Shown one piece after another: positions 23,638 to 38,125 of a stretch of DNA of 64,000 nucleotides. The position numbers were made by a program, and so were the translations under genes. The notes beneath the pieces were generated by a model. The model was given only the letters and a program-made list of their open reading frames with translations, was not told the origin of the DNA and did no database searches. The DNA is from Blasia pusilla (taxonomy: Eukaryota): contig CM114271.1 in the NCBI GenBank assembly GCA_050084515.1, positions 17,112,001 to 17,176,000 on the forward strand. The letters are read 5' to 3'. Numbering within the stretch: position 1 is the first letter of the stretch; each line of letters begins with the position of its first letter.

Positions 23638-26381
23638 ATGGGGGCACGATGGGGCCAAATATGTTTGGCGGTAGCCCTGCTGTTCTTCATTTGCATCGGT
23701 ACCGAGGCGCGCGCCGTAAATGAAGGTACAGGGATCCGATTCAACACTTCCTACCCCTTCCTTTGATCGTTCTGAATAAGTAAATTTTGTTTGATGTAGC
23801 GGTTTTCGTGGCTTAGATTCACCGAACGTTGCCAATTCAAGCTGAGTGCAAGGGCAAAGGAAGTCTTCTTCTGCTAATGGCTTTAGTCACTACAAGTCTG
23901 AGACAAAGTAAAATTTAGTAGAAAGTCACTCAAACTGGAGAATTGTGACGTGGTACCATAGGTATGAGACCTCAAGTTTTATCCTTGTAAGAATGATAGT
24001 GACACATTCACTATGTATGTGGTGTGGTGCCTTCAAGTGTATGGATTAGATGGCTCTTTTTTAATCCACCAGTTTAGCTTTATGTTTAGTTCTTACTGCT
24101 CTCAAAGGATGTGGTTTTTGAGGAAACCTCCTAAGCAAGGAGATAGTTGCCTATCTTCTGATTTCTATCCGTATCCCAGTTTAGCCGTCTCACAATTGCG
24201 GCAGCAGACAAGAGTCATAAGGAAGCTGTCACTGTGTTTGATTTTACAGAGGAAAACGTAATTTCAGCAACAGGTTTGGACTCTCCACGGTTCCTCTGTG
24301 ACGCATGCCTGCAATTATCGAATGAGGCACAGTTGATACTGTCTGATCCTGAGACAGAGAAGGTCCTAGAGGATTTGTTCCGACAGTTTGCTTGTGAAAA
24401 TCTTTCTCCAAATTTCAAACCGAAGGTGCAGTTTCCACTGTTATCTTGTTTTCTATATTTCCATTGAGCTTCAGATGTAGATTGGACGAGAGTAGAGAGT
24501 AATCCTTGTATAAGTGGAATTTTTTCATTCGATATCAATTCAAGGACGGTCATTGAAGTTGCTCAAGGCATAATGTAATGTCTACACTTTCATGTGCAAG
24601 CAAATCGGAAGGTTACTCTTATTTATGATCCCTTACTCTGGTGCCTTTTGTGTACTTGAATCGGGGTCTCCTGTGTTTGGATAGCTATATGTTTGAGCTT
24701 GTAACTATCCAAGAAAATTGAAAATTTTCAAAAGTTACATGGTTGACATGTTGATCTGTTTCCTTCGCAGTGTGTGGACATGGTCAAGATTTACGTGCCT
24801 GATCTCATGATGGCACTTCAGGCATATCTGCGTCCTGAACTTTGCACAGAAAGCGGATTCTGTGCTCCTCAGTTGACAGTAGCAAAAGACACAAAGACCT
24901 GCGCATTATGTCAGGATTTTGCCATGGATGCACTCACTTACTTGGGATCAAACAGAACGAAGTCTCAAATCATTGTTGCTCTACATCTTGCATGCTCCAA
25001 ACTTGATGAGCTAAGTAAGCAGGTGTGTAATGGCGTCAATTTTTCAGTCCATGTGTTGAGTGTGTTGCTAGCATGCGACTTCTTGGTAGTGTTAGGTTAT
25101 GTTTGTGATTATTCGGAATGGGATAGTCTTCCAAAGACATCAGTTCAGAGGACTAGTGGAAATGATTTTTGGTTGTTTCCTCCTTAAACCCAAGATGGCA
25201 ACTTAGGCTTTTTTGTGCATTTGAATTAGCAGTAATCTTGCTATGAGTTAGGATAAGGGTCAGGAGTTTGTTTAGAAATTCTCTTCAATGTTCTCAATTG
25301 ATAATAAGAAATTTGAAATGTGCAGTGCGACTTGCTTGTGGACGTGTATGCCCCTCAACTAATGGCACACCTTGACATGATTACACCTGAGGAGTTCTGT
25401 GAAATGACACGACTTTGCAAACCTGCTCTTGATGCCCTTCAGTTGAAGCGAAATGACTGTGCTATCTGTCAGTTTGTGATATTGGAAATGAAAATAAAAC
25501 TGCGGGATCCAAAGACACAGGTTAGTCAATATTTTTTCTGTCGTTCATCCTGTGAACTCTCCCAGCTTGTTCTGCAAAATCTACGAAAGTATATCCTAGA
25601 GCAGCAGTGTCTGAGAGTCCAGGAAGATTTTAGTAGATGATTCCCTTGGGTTGGAATTTTGGATTTTCTCAATCAACTTTCTCGTAGATCTCAGGTGCTG
25701 ATGAATGCACAAGAGAACTGAATCTGGAGACATAATCTATGTGCCCCTTTCCTTAGTTGGGATCTTTTGTCCGATTGGAAATTGGTAAAACATAACTCGA
25801 ACTGATTATTCATGTTTATCTATTGAGCTTTCTGCTTCAAAGAATGAGTTGGTTTCATCAGTATCTAGTTTAATGCTCTACACTTAATCACTGCGACTCA
25901 GTTGGGATCTATAACTTTTGTTTCAGGAGAAATTGGTGGAAATACTGAGTAATACCTGTAATAGAGTGAAGGGCCATGAAGATGAGGTGAGTAGACTACT
26001 TTTGAGGACACAAATCCCAATCAATCTTTCTGGCATGAAGTAGTTCTACTTGTACTTAGTAAGAGTTGCTCGCACACAACTGATCCTTTTTTCATACTTT
26101 AAGTCAAGTGTCATGACTTTTATCTGACTGATACCAGCTTGCTACCTGTCAGTTCATCAATTCCTGCCATTTGACATCGTGGTGTTGTTGTGCAATAGTG
26201 CAAGCTCATTGTGATGCAGTATGCTCCCTATGTCTTGGCCAACCTGGACAATATTCTGGATGCGGATGCACTTTGCACAAAAGTTCGAGTCTGTCCTCAA
26301 GTGCGGGAGGTCAAAGATTTCGACACAATTCTTGTTATGCCCTCAGCTGAGAGGGCTCAGCAGCACCGTCATGCTCTTTAG
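23638..26381 (+). CDS. Prosaposin-like protein (signal peptide + three saposin-B domains)
   Basis: GT-AG exons in phase: 23638-23725, 24250-24425, 24771-25022, 25326-25520, 25927-25986, 26199-26381. Hydrophobic N-terminus (ICLAVALLFFICIG). Three saposin Cys patterns: CDAC..C..C..CTESGFC, CALC..C..C..CEMTRLC, CAIC..C..C..CTKVRVC. Confidence 0.9.
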
Positions 26382-29300
26382 GTGGTCTTTGGAATGCCAT
26401 ATTGGCCTTGCTTTATAGTGCCCACAAAATTGCTATTGTAAAATGCCTTTAGTCTAACTGCTCCCTTCTGTCTCCATGGGAGTCATATTGAAAAGAGTGT
26501 TTTGAGTGTTATAAATGTAATGGAGTTGAATTTGGGAGATAGAGTATGGGATTGGCCTTCTATCCCATGTCAAAATTGATGTCCTATATCGTAAATTATC
26601 GTAAATCATCAAGCTCTCATGACAGTTTCTATAACAGAATTGTGTATCACTGTTCTTCAAAGATTCAAGTTGAGACTCAAATGAAATGTACAAAACGACA
26701 TGAGGTGCCTCAACCTGTGATTCTTTTCATGAAAACGAGAACAACAAATGCATTTGCAATCCCAACTTCTATCCAAAAGTGTGAACGAGCAATGTCTAGA
26801 TCCCTTGGGCCAAACCACTTTCTGCCTCGTTTGAATCAATGCTGGGAACTTTCACTTGGTTACTGGGGAATTCCAGTCACCCCGTCATACAATAGTCCAA
26901 TGTCCTCATTACACCAGTTGTGGTCCTCTGCAATGCCTCGCTTGTTGGAACATGAGTGCACGAATAACCCCTAGTTTCTCGAAGAACAACTTTTCCACCA
27001 TCACCTCATGGACGGGCCTTTTGCACACTTTAGTGGTAAGTTTTTCAATTACATGTGTACCATTGGGAGGAAACACTTCAAAGAATTTTAACTGATTCAT
27101 CTATCTCATCTTCAAGAAAATGCCACACCCATTCAGCGTTTGAGTTTGAACTTTGTCGATTACCGCTAAAGTAAATAAATACATGTGACGAGCTAATTTG
27201 AAATACAAAAATGAAACGATTTCCACGTAAAGTCACATCTCAAAATTCCCGACTTTCATAACGACGTAGATTAGTAGATAGAAGAAAGGCAGTTTAAAAT
27301 TCTAAACACAACGAAAAAATCTAAAACAGAGTTAATCCAAAACCATGGACATGTCGAAAAAGTGTTCTAAAAAAAGAGTCGGAATCCTTCACCTAATCCT
27401 GGTTGCAGTGGTATTTGCACCCACCTTCATGTGTGAATCTGATTATTTCATGGTGGATCGGTGAGTTTTGTCGCATTGTTTAATTGGAGTTTATGAAGAT
27501 AACGATGTTGTTGCACATTCATGCGACAATGTGAATGACCCATGGAGAAGCGGTAGAAAGTTGAGGGAGTCCCCACTTTGAGAAGAATGTTCTTGCACTT
27601 TAGCGGAGTTTTCGGCGAATAGGAGGAAGCTATTGCATAATCATGTGGGATCATGAGTGTTTGAACGGAACTATGAAGACGACATGACAATCATGGAGGT
27701 ATATTCCTGTTCGAGTAGGAAAGCTTGGATGGGTGTTTAGAACCGGTAGGAATCCTGGTGGGATGAAGTTATAAAGTAGGAAAATTTATTAACTGTAGAA
27801 ATGAAATAAATCTTCAAAAGGTTTTAAATGGAAAAATGTTATTAAAAAAGATAAGAATGTACAATGAGTAATGCAAACATTCTTTTGTGTGAACTTTAAA
27901 TTTTTTAGTTTTTTCTCATTTCATAAAAATTTTGAAGTGGAATTTCCCTACCTAATTAGGTCAGAATTTTCTATTTTCAAATTTTAAGTGAAGTATTTTT
28001 TGAAGAAATAATTGGGATTAATTTTCATTTTAAACCTACCCTATAATTTTTTCAAGAAAGATATTTTTTTACAAATGATAGGGATTAAAAAAAAATTTAC
28101 TCCTAAAAGTTCTAAAAAAAAACTCTCATCTCCCTCCCATCCCTTAACTTGACTACCCCCTCAGCACCCTTCTTACTTTCCTTGTGGCATTTGAAAATTT
28201 GGCATACATCACAATCACGTAGAGAGAGGGAGTGATTCCCACGGAGGAATCACTCCGTTAGTTAATAGTATACATAGTAAGGTGGCAAGATTGTCACTCT
28301 CTAAGATTTAGATTGAGGGGACATTCTCTAATATTAAAATAAATTATTATATCGCAAAGAAGAAAAATTGACACACATCATTCTATCATAAAAGACTTCG
28401 ACTCAAGAGAAAAGACTCTCCGATTTAAAGAATAGTAATGGACTTGTGTACACCTACTTGCCCAAGCTCCCTGTAGGGAAGAAGTCAATGAGGGGTCTAG
28501 GAAGTCACCACTTTCAAACCTCCACTTGCATGCCTTTCGTTTATTATCCTCTAATCATGAGCAAATTTGATCTCATGGACCAACTCTAAGTGAAGTAGGG
28601 ATAGAACACAAATAGAGAGCAAGATTATTTGTGTTGTAGGTAGTAGATCAATTCTCTTAATAAGATTCCTTAGATTGTGAGTCCACCAAATGATGTCGAT
28701 AGGAAGTTAGGGAGAAATAATCTCTTCAGTTAAAAATCTACCATACCATATGAATTTTATTATCAATAATGTTGGCTTTTCTTATGAAGCCGGTTTACAG
28801 AAGGAAGTGGATTTCTTTAAATTGGAGATACATCACGTACGATACAAGGTCAAAAGCATTCTTTCGGAACACAAATCCTTTTGTCGAAAGAGTTGTTAGG
28901 TGATGGGCCCCGATGAATTGCCCAGTTGCCCACACTTAAGGATGCAGTATAGATGGCATGCAGTGGTGATGAATTTTAGAGACGTTTCCATAAAGATAGC
29001 GAGATAGAAACCTGATACTCATGCCATCCGCAATGTTTTGGAAATGTACAGATTGGATCCGTGTAGTGCCTTTTGAGTGTGCCTTCGTAGCCTTATTATT
29101 TGCATCGACATGATCTTGCACAAGTTACCCCACATGCCGACCGAAAGACAACGGAATTGTTCATACTTTCATTGAAAGAAGGCATCGAAGTCGATGGTTT
29201 TTGTTATGTTAGGCATTTTCAAAGAGTTCAGAGACCCTGAGTACATGAACCCTGTCAATAGGAGAGATGTTGGAAGAAGAGATACACTAGATCCACCATG

Positions 29301-29760
29301 CATAAGAATCTATGAATCAGGGGCAACTGGACGGTGCACGAGAACGGAATAAGATGAGAATTTATAGACCGATGGGATTTGGACACTGGATGAAATTAGA
29401 GCCAGGTGACAAGGGGTAAACGGTACACAAACACAGTGAGACGGGAAACCTCTCGTGAGATTATATTCACACGTTAATGGAATGAAATATTCACAGGGTA
29501 GCTTGCAAGTCTGGATTCGCCAGCCAACACATGTCTAGCGTCCATTCTAGAGCACCAGCAGTGCGCATTCACCTTCACATGTACGCAATGTGAAAACAGG
29601 GCCTAAAAGTCAATGACAAGTTAATAATTTACACCTCCGCAAGAGGGTACCACTACCTGTGATCAATTGTTCATGCAAACACAACCCTCCTTCAAGGATT
29701 AGGTGACCTAACTATGGCAGACCTCCACCTAGATGTTACGAGCTATAACAATATGAGACT

Positions 29761-32291
29761 CTAAATGTTGTAGGAAGTAACCTTCTTGGGCGTGGCTACA
29801 ACAAGTGGTGCTTCAGGGGAAGCCAACGAGTGGAAGTTGTCGTTCATAAATTTACTCTCCACAATAGACTCGTCTTTCGGAACCACTTCATAACAGTAAC
29901 AACTTTTCAGACCCTTCTCATGCCTGTAACATTCATGATCACTTTGTTTCACCCTCTGAAAGTCCCATACGACCGTGAAATTACCAACCGACACAACCAG
30001 GTGGCGCTCTTGTTTCCCAGAATCTGTGACCTGCAAAATTGAAGGCAATACAAGAGATAAATACACTTGAGTGGCAACACAATCCCATAAGGCCAACATG
30101 ACAAGAACGAATCCAAGGCCTCGGAGGTTCGTTAATGAAAGCAAGGGCGATGATAGCAAGAGAATAGCAGCGTCCATGATCTTTAAAGTTAAGCACTGAC
30201 CTTGTTGAGGACTACGTTTTCCAGTCTCAAAAAAACCAGAATTTGAAGTAAGATTCATTTCTTTTCCAGTCAGATGCAGGATGAAGTGTTTTAGAATGTG
30301 TTTGGGATAGTAAGGAAGCGACTTGATCCTGTGGTTTTTTCTCCAACAGTTCCGGGCAGATCAGCGAATACGAAAAGGAACGTTGGCAATTACACTTACG
30401 TGTAAAAGATGTGGGTATTCCTGGAGCTGTTCCCGGGTAATCCAAAACACAATTGGATAACGTGACAGGTGAAGGTTCTGATTAGAAGGATTCTAAAACC
30501 ATTCGTTATGCATTTGCGACTTTAATCAAGACCATACACCAGGACGTTAGCGCAGAACAGTTCGGCAAGTAGTGAAAAAAACTAAAGTGGTCGAAGAACC
30601 GGGATCTGTAAGGTCAGTGAACCAATCGAACTCGGGTCACCCAAATGTAAAGAATCACTCACCCAGGAGAACTGGCCACCACTGAACGTGTGCGCACCGG
30701 CTGCATGTGCGTCTACAGGATTGAGCTTGAGTAGACGCGGAGCAGCAATGCGACTTCCCATGCGCCCAGTGAATCCCGTCTTGGTCTTTCCGTCCTTGTC
30801 CTTGAAGAGAGTGCTGATCAATATCATATACGTATCGGTCGTGGCCAGAATCCACTTGCCATCATAAGTGACGTCCACATGTGTGATAGGCGAACCCAAT
30901 CCGGGAAACGCAGTCTTAGCCATGCGCATGGAAGTCGTCCCATAAAGACGAACTTTCCCATCCCTTGATCCCACAACCACCGCACCATCTCCCGTCGACG
31001 CGAAGCATTGGAAATTGGTACCCCTAGAGAACTGATGTCCCTCGGTCCACGCTAGAGTGGGACTGGAGAGCTGCTGCACAATTCCAGTTTGCGCTCGCAT
31101 ATCCCACCGGCAGAGTCTATTGTCGTCGAGTCCAAGAAACGTGGAGCCCATATCCAATTGCGACCCTTTGCTGTCGTTCGTAAGGTCCCTCATCGTTATT
31201 GGAGTCCCATCCTTCTCAAATTTCCACTCGGAGACCACCTTCCCTGTACCCAAATCCAGCTGACTTACACCAGTAGGATGCTGTTGGGCACTCTTAGTCG
31301 GGCTCATGAGCATCATGTGACTTTCCCCTCGGATTAGCATCCCTTTCTTAGGTGTTGAAAAGGGATCTGCGGCGTCACTGCCGCTTCCCTGGAAACGTAT
31401 CGACACACCCTTGCCATGTACACCTGTTGACAAATTGTTGAAAATGTCGATACCGGAGTTTCCGATTAAGAAACTGTGTTCGCCAGCGCCCATGGTGAGA
31501 CTTTTTGCACCGCCTTTCAAAGATTCATTGTAAGTTTCTTTGACCTTCCTGCTTCGCTGCTCTTCCGCAGCAAGATGGTCTTCAGCATCCTCCCACACAG
31601 ATTCATCAGCATCTTCTCCCGTCGCCCAGTTCATAAAATCCTTGCCGAACACCTTCGTCTTATTTTCTTCGGTTGCTCTCATCTGGTAGCTATTCTCGAA
31701 TTTGCAATTTTGAAACTCGTGTACAAATTCCTCGTAATCCGTCTTGTTCAGAAACTTCATGGCCCACACACTCCTCGACACAAAATCCACCCGCAGCTGA
31801 TCATCAAAAAACTGCATCTGAAGAGCATCGTCCACTTTATTGGAAACCTTGTCTCCGACCTTCAGCACCCAATTGGTCCAAACTTTTTTACCAGCTGTCT
31901 TAGAATTCCACTCATCATCCTCGCTATCGCCATCCTCATCCTGGTCTTTCACAAACTCATACGGCACCTCTCTTGAGTACATAGTCCATTGAGACTTAGC
32001 AGTTTTGTCACCGGTGTAAAGATACAGTTTCGCTCGCTTGTGAGTCGCAGGCACACCACCAGGACTAAGGGACAATGCACCGAGCTTAAAGCTCAACACA
32101 TCCGCTTTACCCTTTGAGGTACCCTTTGCAGCTACAGTAGGACTAGCTGCGGGACTACCTCTAACCTTCGGAGCTCTCTCCATCTCGCCATCAGCGGAAT
32201 GGAAGCTCGGTGAGCTCGCTTCCGAGCCTACGGACTCATCTTCAGACTCTGTATCATCGAGCTCCCCCTCTCGGCTCTGTGCTGTCCCCAT
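29761..32291 (-). CDS. VID27: VID27 / CYPRO4-like protein (vacuolar import and degradation 27 family)
   Basis: Exon 1 32291-30663 and exon 2 30030-29761 with a GT-AG intron, ~632 aa. MG N-terminus, acidic region, [53 protein letters not shown]. Confidence 0.93.
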
Positions 32292-35200
32292 ACCTTCTTG
32301 CCAAAAAGTCGATCTCTACGTCGCCTGTACTCAAAATCAAGCCCCTTCGACACCCGGTCGCACGAAGAGACACGTTCAGCTATTCAGTGATCCGTCTGCC
32401 CTTCCAGACGCTGAAACCGGACCAGAACGCAAGTTTCAATTGCAATCACTTTGCCTCAAAATCCAGACACTTTGGCCGTTCCACCGAAGAAGACTTCGAA
32501 TGGTACCAAAGCCTACGTCCCCAACTTATCGATTTTGGTCCCTGAACAACTGCACTAAGAAGCCTTCAGCTTAAATATCGTACGGAGCTTACAAGAACCA
32601 ACGCGGTTGCTTCACGGCCAATCTTCGCCCCTACCTTCCAATTACCGCAACCAACCTACAGAAAACCACAAAACGCCCCACTTCCACTACTTCCAGACGA
32701 TCTAAGGCAAACAACAGCAGGCGCCTGGCGCCCGCGTCCCCGTCAATTCTCGTCGCCCCAAGCGTCAGACGAAGCTCGTGGACATTTCAAATCACCAATA
32801 CAGAGCATAGGTTACCGCAACTCACCACTCCCTCAACAACTACTTCGTCTCGTCGGTCGATTGCTCCCGGAAACTCGGCTTTCACCCTGAAACTCCCCTC
32901 AGATTCTATCCGGAACCCGCTCGGTTACTCCCCGACCAATACTCACCCTTCGCGCCTTCAACGGAGCTTCAGGCGTTTAAACCCCTTGCACATTTCGAGT
33001 CACCGGCAGAGCAGAAACCACAGCCAGAGACCACTCCCTCCTTCATCCACTTCTTCGTACCTCCAGCCGACCGTCGCACACACAAAAGCTCCACTCCAAT
33101 CCGAGCCAGGACCTTACGCACTCGCTTCCGCACCAATTCTCGTCCCCCACGCCTTCAAACAACGCTGCTCACGATGATCTGCACATGGAAATCACCGGCG
33201 GAACGCACACCGCCTCCCCCACACGAGCGGCGAGCGGCCTCCACGCCTCCGCGAGCGATCGATCGGCGCAAAGCAACTGCACCAATTCCCTACCAAGATC
33301 GCGCGCACCGCAACTGCACCAAATCCTTACCAAGATCTCGCGCACTCACTCGCTTCCCGACCAATTCTCCGCCCTCACGCCTTCACCGGAGCCTCGCAGG
33401 CCGCGCGCAAAGGCTTCAAACCCTACGACAATGCCACCGGCGCCATTTCGCGGCTCTGTGCGCTCAAACGCACGCTCCTCCCCCGCGGGGCCGGACCCGC
33501 TCCCTCCCGCCCTCCGTCTCAGGAGCGGGAGCCGGAGTGCGATCGGACGCACGACAGGTGTCAGAGTCAAGAAAGTCCGCGAGACATTCTCAAAATTAAG
33601 CCGGGTAAACGGAGGAATTGCTCTCCGGACGAAGATGCACTTCGATAAAAACGAGTGATGGAAAACCCAACGGAAATACAAAAGAGGGGATTCAAAGAGT
33701 AAAAACCTCAAGGCCACAACAGGACCAGAAAAGGAAGAAGGGGGCATTCCCCTTAACGACGAAACTCACCAACAACAGGGACAATATCAGCAACAACAAG
33801 AGAGCTATGAATACTACTAAGTGGGCTTCTAGCGCCGGCGTCTCCCATATCCTGAGCCCGCCGCAAAATGTCCGGGTAAATAGGGTAAACAGGGCCATTC
33901 AAACTAAACCTACCCTCATTGTTGGGAGGGGAGTTTCGAAAGTGAAACGGGTAAATTGGGCCCTCAAGGGAGGATGGAACCGCTCTCAGAGGGGAAGAGA
34001 TTGTGAGTGGTACTATAGCAGAATCCACGTGGATAGGTTAGATGTAGAAGATTTTTTTTTTAATAATCCGAACATACAAAATCTAAATATCAATTGGCAA
34101 ATATCTTTTATAATTATTAGACGGTGTCTCTGCTCGAGTGAGAAAACATCCGAACCGAGCACTCGTGGAAAAAATATTCCAATTGTAACCCGTGAAAGGA
34201 AGTACGAACCAAACTAATCCAATGGCCAAAAAATACACGTGACACTATTTATAATCGCACTCTCTCATAATATTATAGATTGGATAGTGTTATTTGTAAA
34301 TGCAGTTATATTTGACAATTGGATAAGAAGGAAACGTTTCACAATCTATATCTACGTGCAACAAGAAAATTTAAATGTATATGCCCCAATATTAGTCCTT
34401 ACTTATCATCCGCGGCACCTTTTCTCATACTACCTCGTTACACCTCACTATTTTTTTATTTTTTCATACTAATACAGGTAGCAAGAAATTTTTTTGAATT
34501 TGTGTGCAATATGATTAGTCCCTTCATTCCATTGCATGGTGCGGGTTGTACATTAATTTTTATTATTATGGGATAAAAAAATTCAAATTCATGTTTGATT
34601 TACACGTAGTCTTGAAATAGTAAGAAAATATTTTTTTCATGTTATGGACAAGAAGAAAATCTTTTAAGGGAAATAAGTTTTCTTTTTTTTGGATTTGTGT
34701 GAAGCATGTTTATTCCCATGCGGATCATGGATATTACACTAGCCATTTATTAACACTATGTGTTAATATCAAGTCCCATGGAAATCGATAACGACCTGCA
34801 TCCATGAAGGAGGTATAAATTTTATGGCCCAACATCAATGACAATAATCTTCAACGACTTTGAATCAGCATCGTAGTAAACCATAATTATGAGGGATTTT
34901 AGGATTGTTGTAAAAGAAACTTTCCATGGGACTAAATTAACTGTCTATATTAATATGAGAGGATGGCTTCTTGATTTGCATAGACCTATGTGATTGACAT
35001 TGACATTACATCCATCCGACACAATCTACTTCTATATATATTTGGGACAAACCCATCATTTTGTAGGTACCTTACCAATAGAGGAGAGTCATGGATATTA
35101 TGTCTATCTGTCACCTCCTCACTAACCTCCAAAAATGAAAACTCACCATCCAAACCCTATATTGGAGTTGTTCCATGTTATTGACATAACGTAGTTAACC

Positions 35201-35329
35201 AACGAGGAAGGCATATGCATGCCAACTTGGCATCATCTCCTAATCCCTCTCTCCATGCCATCGAGCTCTTCTCTCGTCTCTCTAACTTAGACATGGATTG
35301 CAACTTAACCTATCTACATACTAGTTTAG

Positions 35330-36480
35330 CTCAATTGGACTACGAACCACCTAAAGAATTATACTCTTGTAGTAATGGAACTCAATTGGAAAGCTTCCTT
35401 ATATTTTTTTCAGACTCCATCAACCAACTCAACAGTTGATGATTAATGATAAGCACGCAAGGGTTGTCAAATAAATAACACCTAAAATGTGCCATAATCA
35501 TAGAATAGACCCATGATAATAGTTCTCTACAAAATAGGTGAGGATGTAAACTTAACCGCAAACTCTTTATCATCTCCCAATGCCATATGTGATATTGTCT
35601 TGTTAGCAAGGTCAAAGATTCCACAATTGAACTTAAACCCTTGACATATCGTCGATAGAAGTTTGCCAATCCTAGAACTCCTCAGACTTTACTCACATCT
35701 GTAAGGCATGGGATATGTACAATTGTCTATATCTTCATATGGGAAAACCGAACCTACTAGGGAATATGGCGTGTCCTAAGTACTCGATCTAATCTTGGAA
35801 GAAACTACATTTTCCTATATGAACCTTTAATTCCACGTTACTAAAATCGAAAAAATCTCCTCCAAGTGACGCTCATGCTCCTCAAACATGGAATGATATA
35901 TAATAATATCATCTATGTAATATTTCATAGACTTGAAACTAGGGAGAATCTTATCGATGACCCTTTGGAACTCTAGAGGGGCATTCTTCAACCCAAATGG
36001 TAAGAATTGCTATTGGTACAAACAATCTCTCCCAAACTAATCTATCCCCAAAATATTTTCTTCTCCCCAGCCTCCACCCTTATAGAAAGTTGATGATATC
36101 CAACATAGAGATCTAAACTACTAAAGATCTTTGCATGCCAAATGGCATTAAGGGTCTCTTCAAGACTAGGCACGACGTACCAATTTGACATTGTTTGTCG
36201 ATCGATTGATAGGACTTTAATCTTCACACATTCGTTTATCAATCCAACTACAATACATTTCCTTCTTTGCCGACATGATTATGGAAAATGCATATTCTCC
36301 ATGCATTTAATTCCATTGCTTTTGCCTCCCATAAGTCCTAACTCCTACTTTGAATCAAGTCCAACTCTCTCAATATCATAATACTTATAGGGTTGACATA
36401 AGACTAATATTTGGAGTATCACTAGCCAAATCTATCTATATACCAAGATCCTTCACAATTGAGAGCTACTACATACTACC
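35330..36480 (-). mobile_element. Degenerate RT/RNaseH fragment related to the gypsy element
   Basis: AKIFSSLDLYVGYHQLSIR, LPFGLKNAP, YIDD and LANFYRRYVKGLSSI; heavily mutated. Confidence 0.85.
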
Positions 36481-36799
36481 AAGTCTCCATCATGATGTGC
36501 ATCACTCAAAGAAGAAGACTCGATCTACGGTTGCTTCTTAGAAACCCTAGCCAACTTTGCTACAAATAACCTATTCTGATCTTTAACATCATGCTTTATA
36601 TTAAAAAAAGAATATATGTTATTTTGGCTTCCTTTGCTCACTCAACTCGAGCGGCTAACTAGGAAGTCAAAGGATGTATATCTCTCCTCGTCTTGCCCCC
36701 AACCAATCCCTCAATAGTCTCTCTAGGCAATGTGCTAACTCATAGACATAATGGAATGGATGTCATTCATATCTATTGTTTTTATGTGTGAGGTGAGGT

Positions 36800-37535
36800 C
36801 AAACATGCCATGGGAGGTTATGATTGATAACCACCTCCCCTAATATTCGCATACCTCAAAGTATCCCGATGTTGCGCAATTGCCAAGCTCTCAAATGCCA
36901 TGGGCATAACACTCCAAAATAACTCCATCCTATGAGAACATGTTCACAACTAAACATCAGGGTTATTGAGGACATGCTACACCAAGCATGCTCTCTACGA
37001 AGGATGAGACACTATGCGTATTCTATCATCCTCCCAAACTCGTAACGCATGTGTCCTCTCCATCAGAATCGTTTGGCTTGCTTTAGGATCTGATCTCGCT
37101 CTTTAGAATCCATTGTGCTCGCAACACTACCAATACGTAGGTACTCCAAGACTACTTCATCCTTGTGGATATCTTTGCCATGTGTCAGCTTCTTACTAAC
37201 CTCTAGATCTAAGGGCTCTCCATCAAACCTCGCCATCGAAGTCTCATCACTTTGGCTCTCCATAGCCAACAAGCCCAAACAGGCTGACGTGTGCTATCTT
37301 TGCACCTTCTCCTCATCACTCTCTCCATGCCAACAAGTTCCAATCGTATTTCATTGACTCTAATATGGGCTACGGCTCAAACCATATGCATATTGGTTGA
37401 GCATCCTAGGTCAATATACCATGTAAAATTCATACTGCTGCAACAATAGAGCCTACCTCGTAAGCTTCACTATAAGCTTATGGGACTCCATCAACCATTT
37501 AAGTGGTTAATGATGAGTAATGATGGTAAAGCGGT
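36800..37535 (-). mobile_element. Degenerate RNaseH/integrase fragments of the same gypsy family
   Basis: LLAMESQSDETSMARFDGEPLD...VVLEYLRIGSVAST is homologous to 14369-14580; the AFESLAIAQHRDTLRY segment is homologous to ~15440-15500. Confidence 0.85.
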
Positions 37536-38125
37536 TGTCGTGCGCATACACATCGTTGATCACATCCAAACCACACAACATCGATCTTCCTAACACACAG
37601 GTGTAGATCCACGCATAAAAAAGAACTCATGCATGTGCATCGAGACCCCATAACAAAATTAGAGTAAAAATGACTCGCATGGCCAACTCCAGTCTGAAAT
37701 CTACATCAATATATCGAGTCACATCCATCCTTTCCTATGAGGAATCCAGACGCTAGCACCGTGATTCCTACTACATACAAAGGAAGAGAGATGCTCAAAG
37801 GCTCAACATGAGAACGATAGCTTCAGAAAGCCATCTCTCCCTCTCTATATAGCCTTCAAAAGAGCCAAAAGGCTCTCGCCCCCAACATAGCCTCTCCAAT
37901 GGTAACTACAAACAAAAATTATTGGTTGGCTATCAACTCAATCAACGAGTCACTGAGCCAAAAATACCAAAGAAATAAACTCTTTAGAAACAACACTCCT
38001 GACGCAATACACTTGTCATCAATCTCATCCAACACCTCAAGATAAAGTTACACCCAAACCATCCGTTGACCCTCTATACCGTCGACGCAGTAGAACTCTA
38101 CCTGTCAACCAACTAAGATGTGACA
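37536..38125 (-). mobile_element. Solo terminal-repeat unit (A+B type) of a related family
   Basis: The minus strand starts TGTCACATC and ends ...cgatgtgtatgcgcacGACA, nearly identical to the B2 end. Flanks cggt (37532-37535) / cagt (38126-38129) form a 4-bp TSD with one mismatch. Confidence 0.7.

Noticed and set aside
28229-28261. 11-bp hairpin followed by ttag, resembling a Helitron 3' end
   Set aside because: The terminus is not CTAG and no matching 5' end was identified.
33174-34217. Overlapping 130-200 aa ORFs upstream of VID27
   Set aside because: GC-rich, low-complexity 5' UTR/promoter sequence open in several frames, with no recognisable domain.
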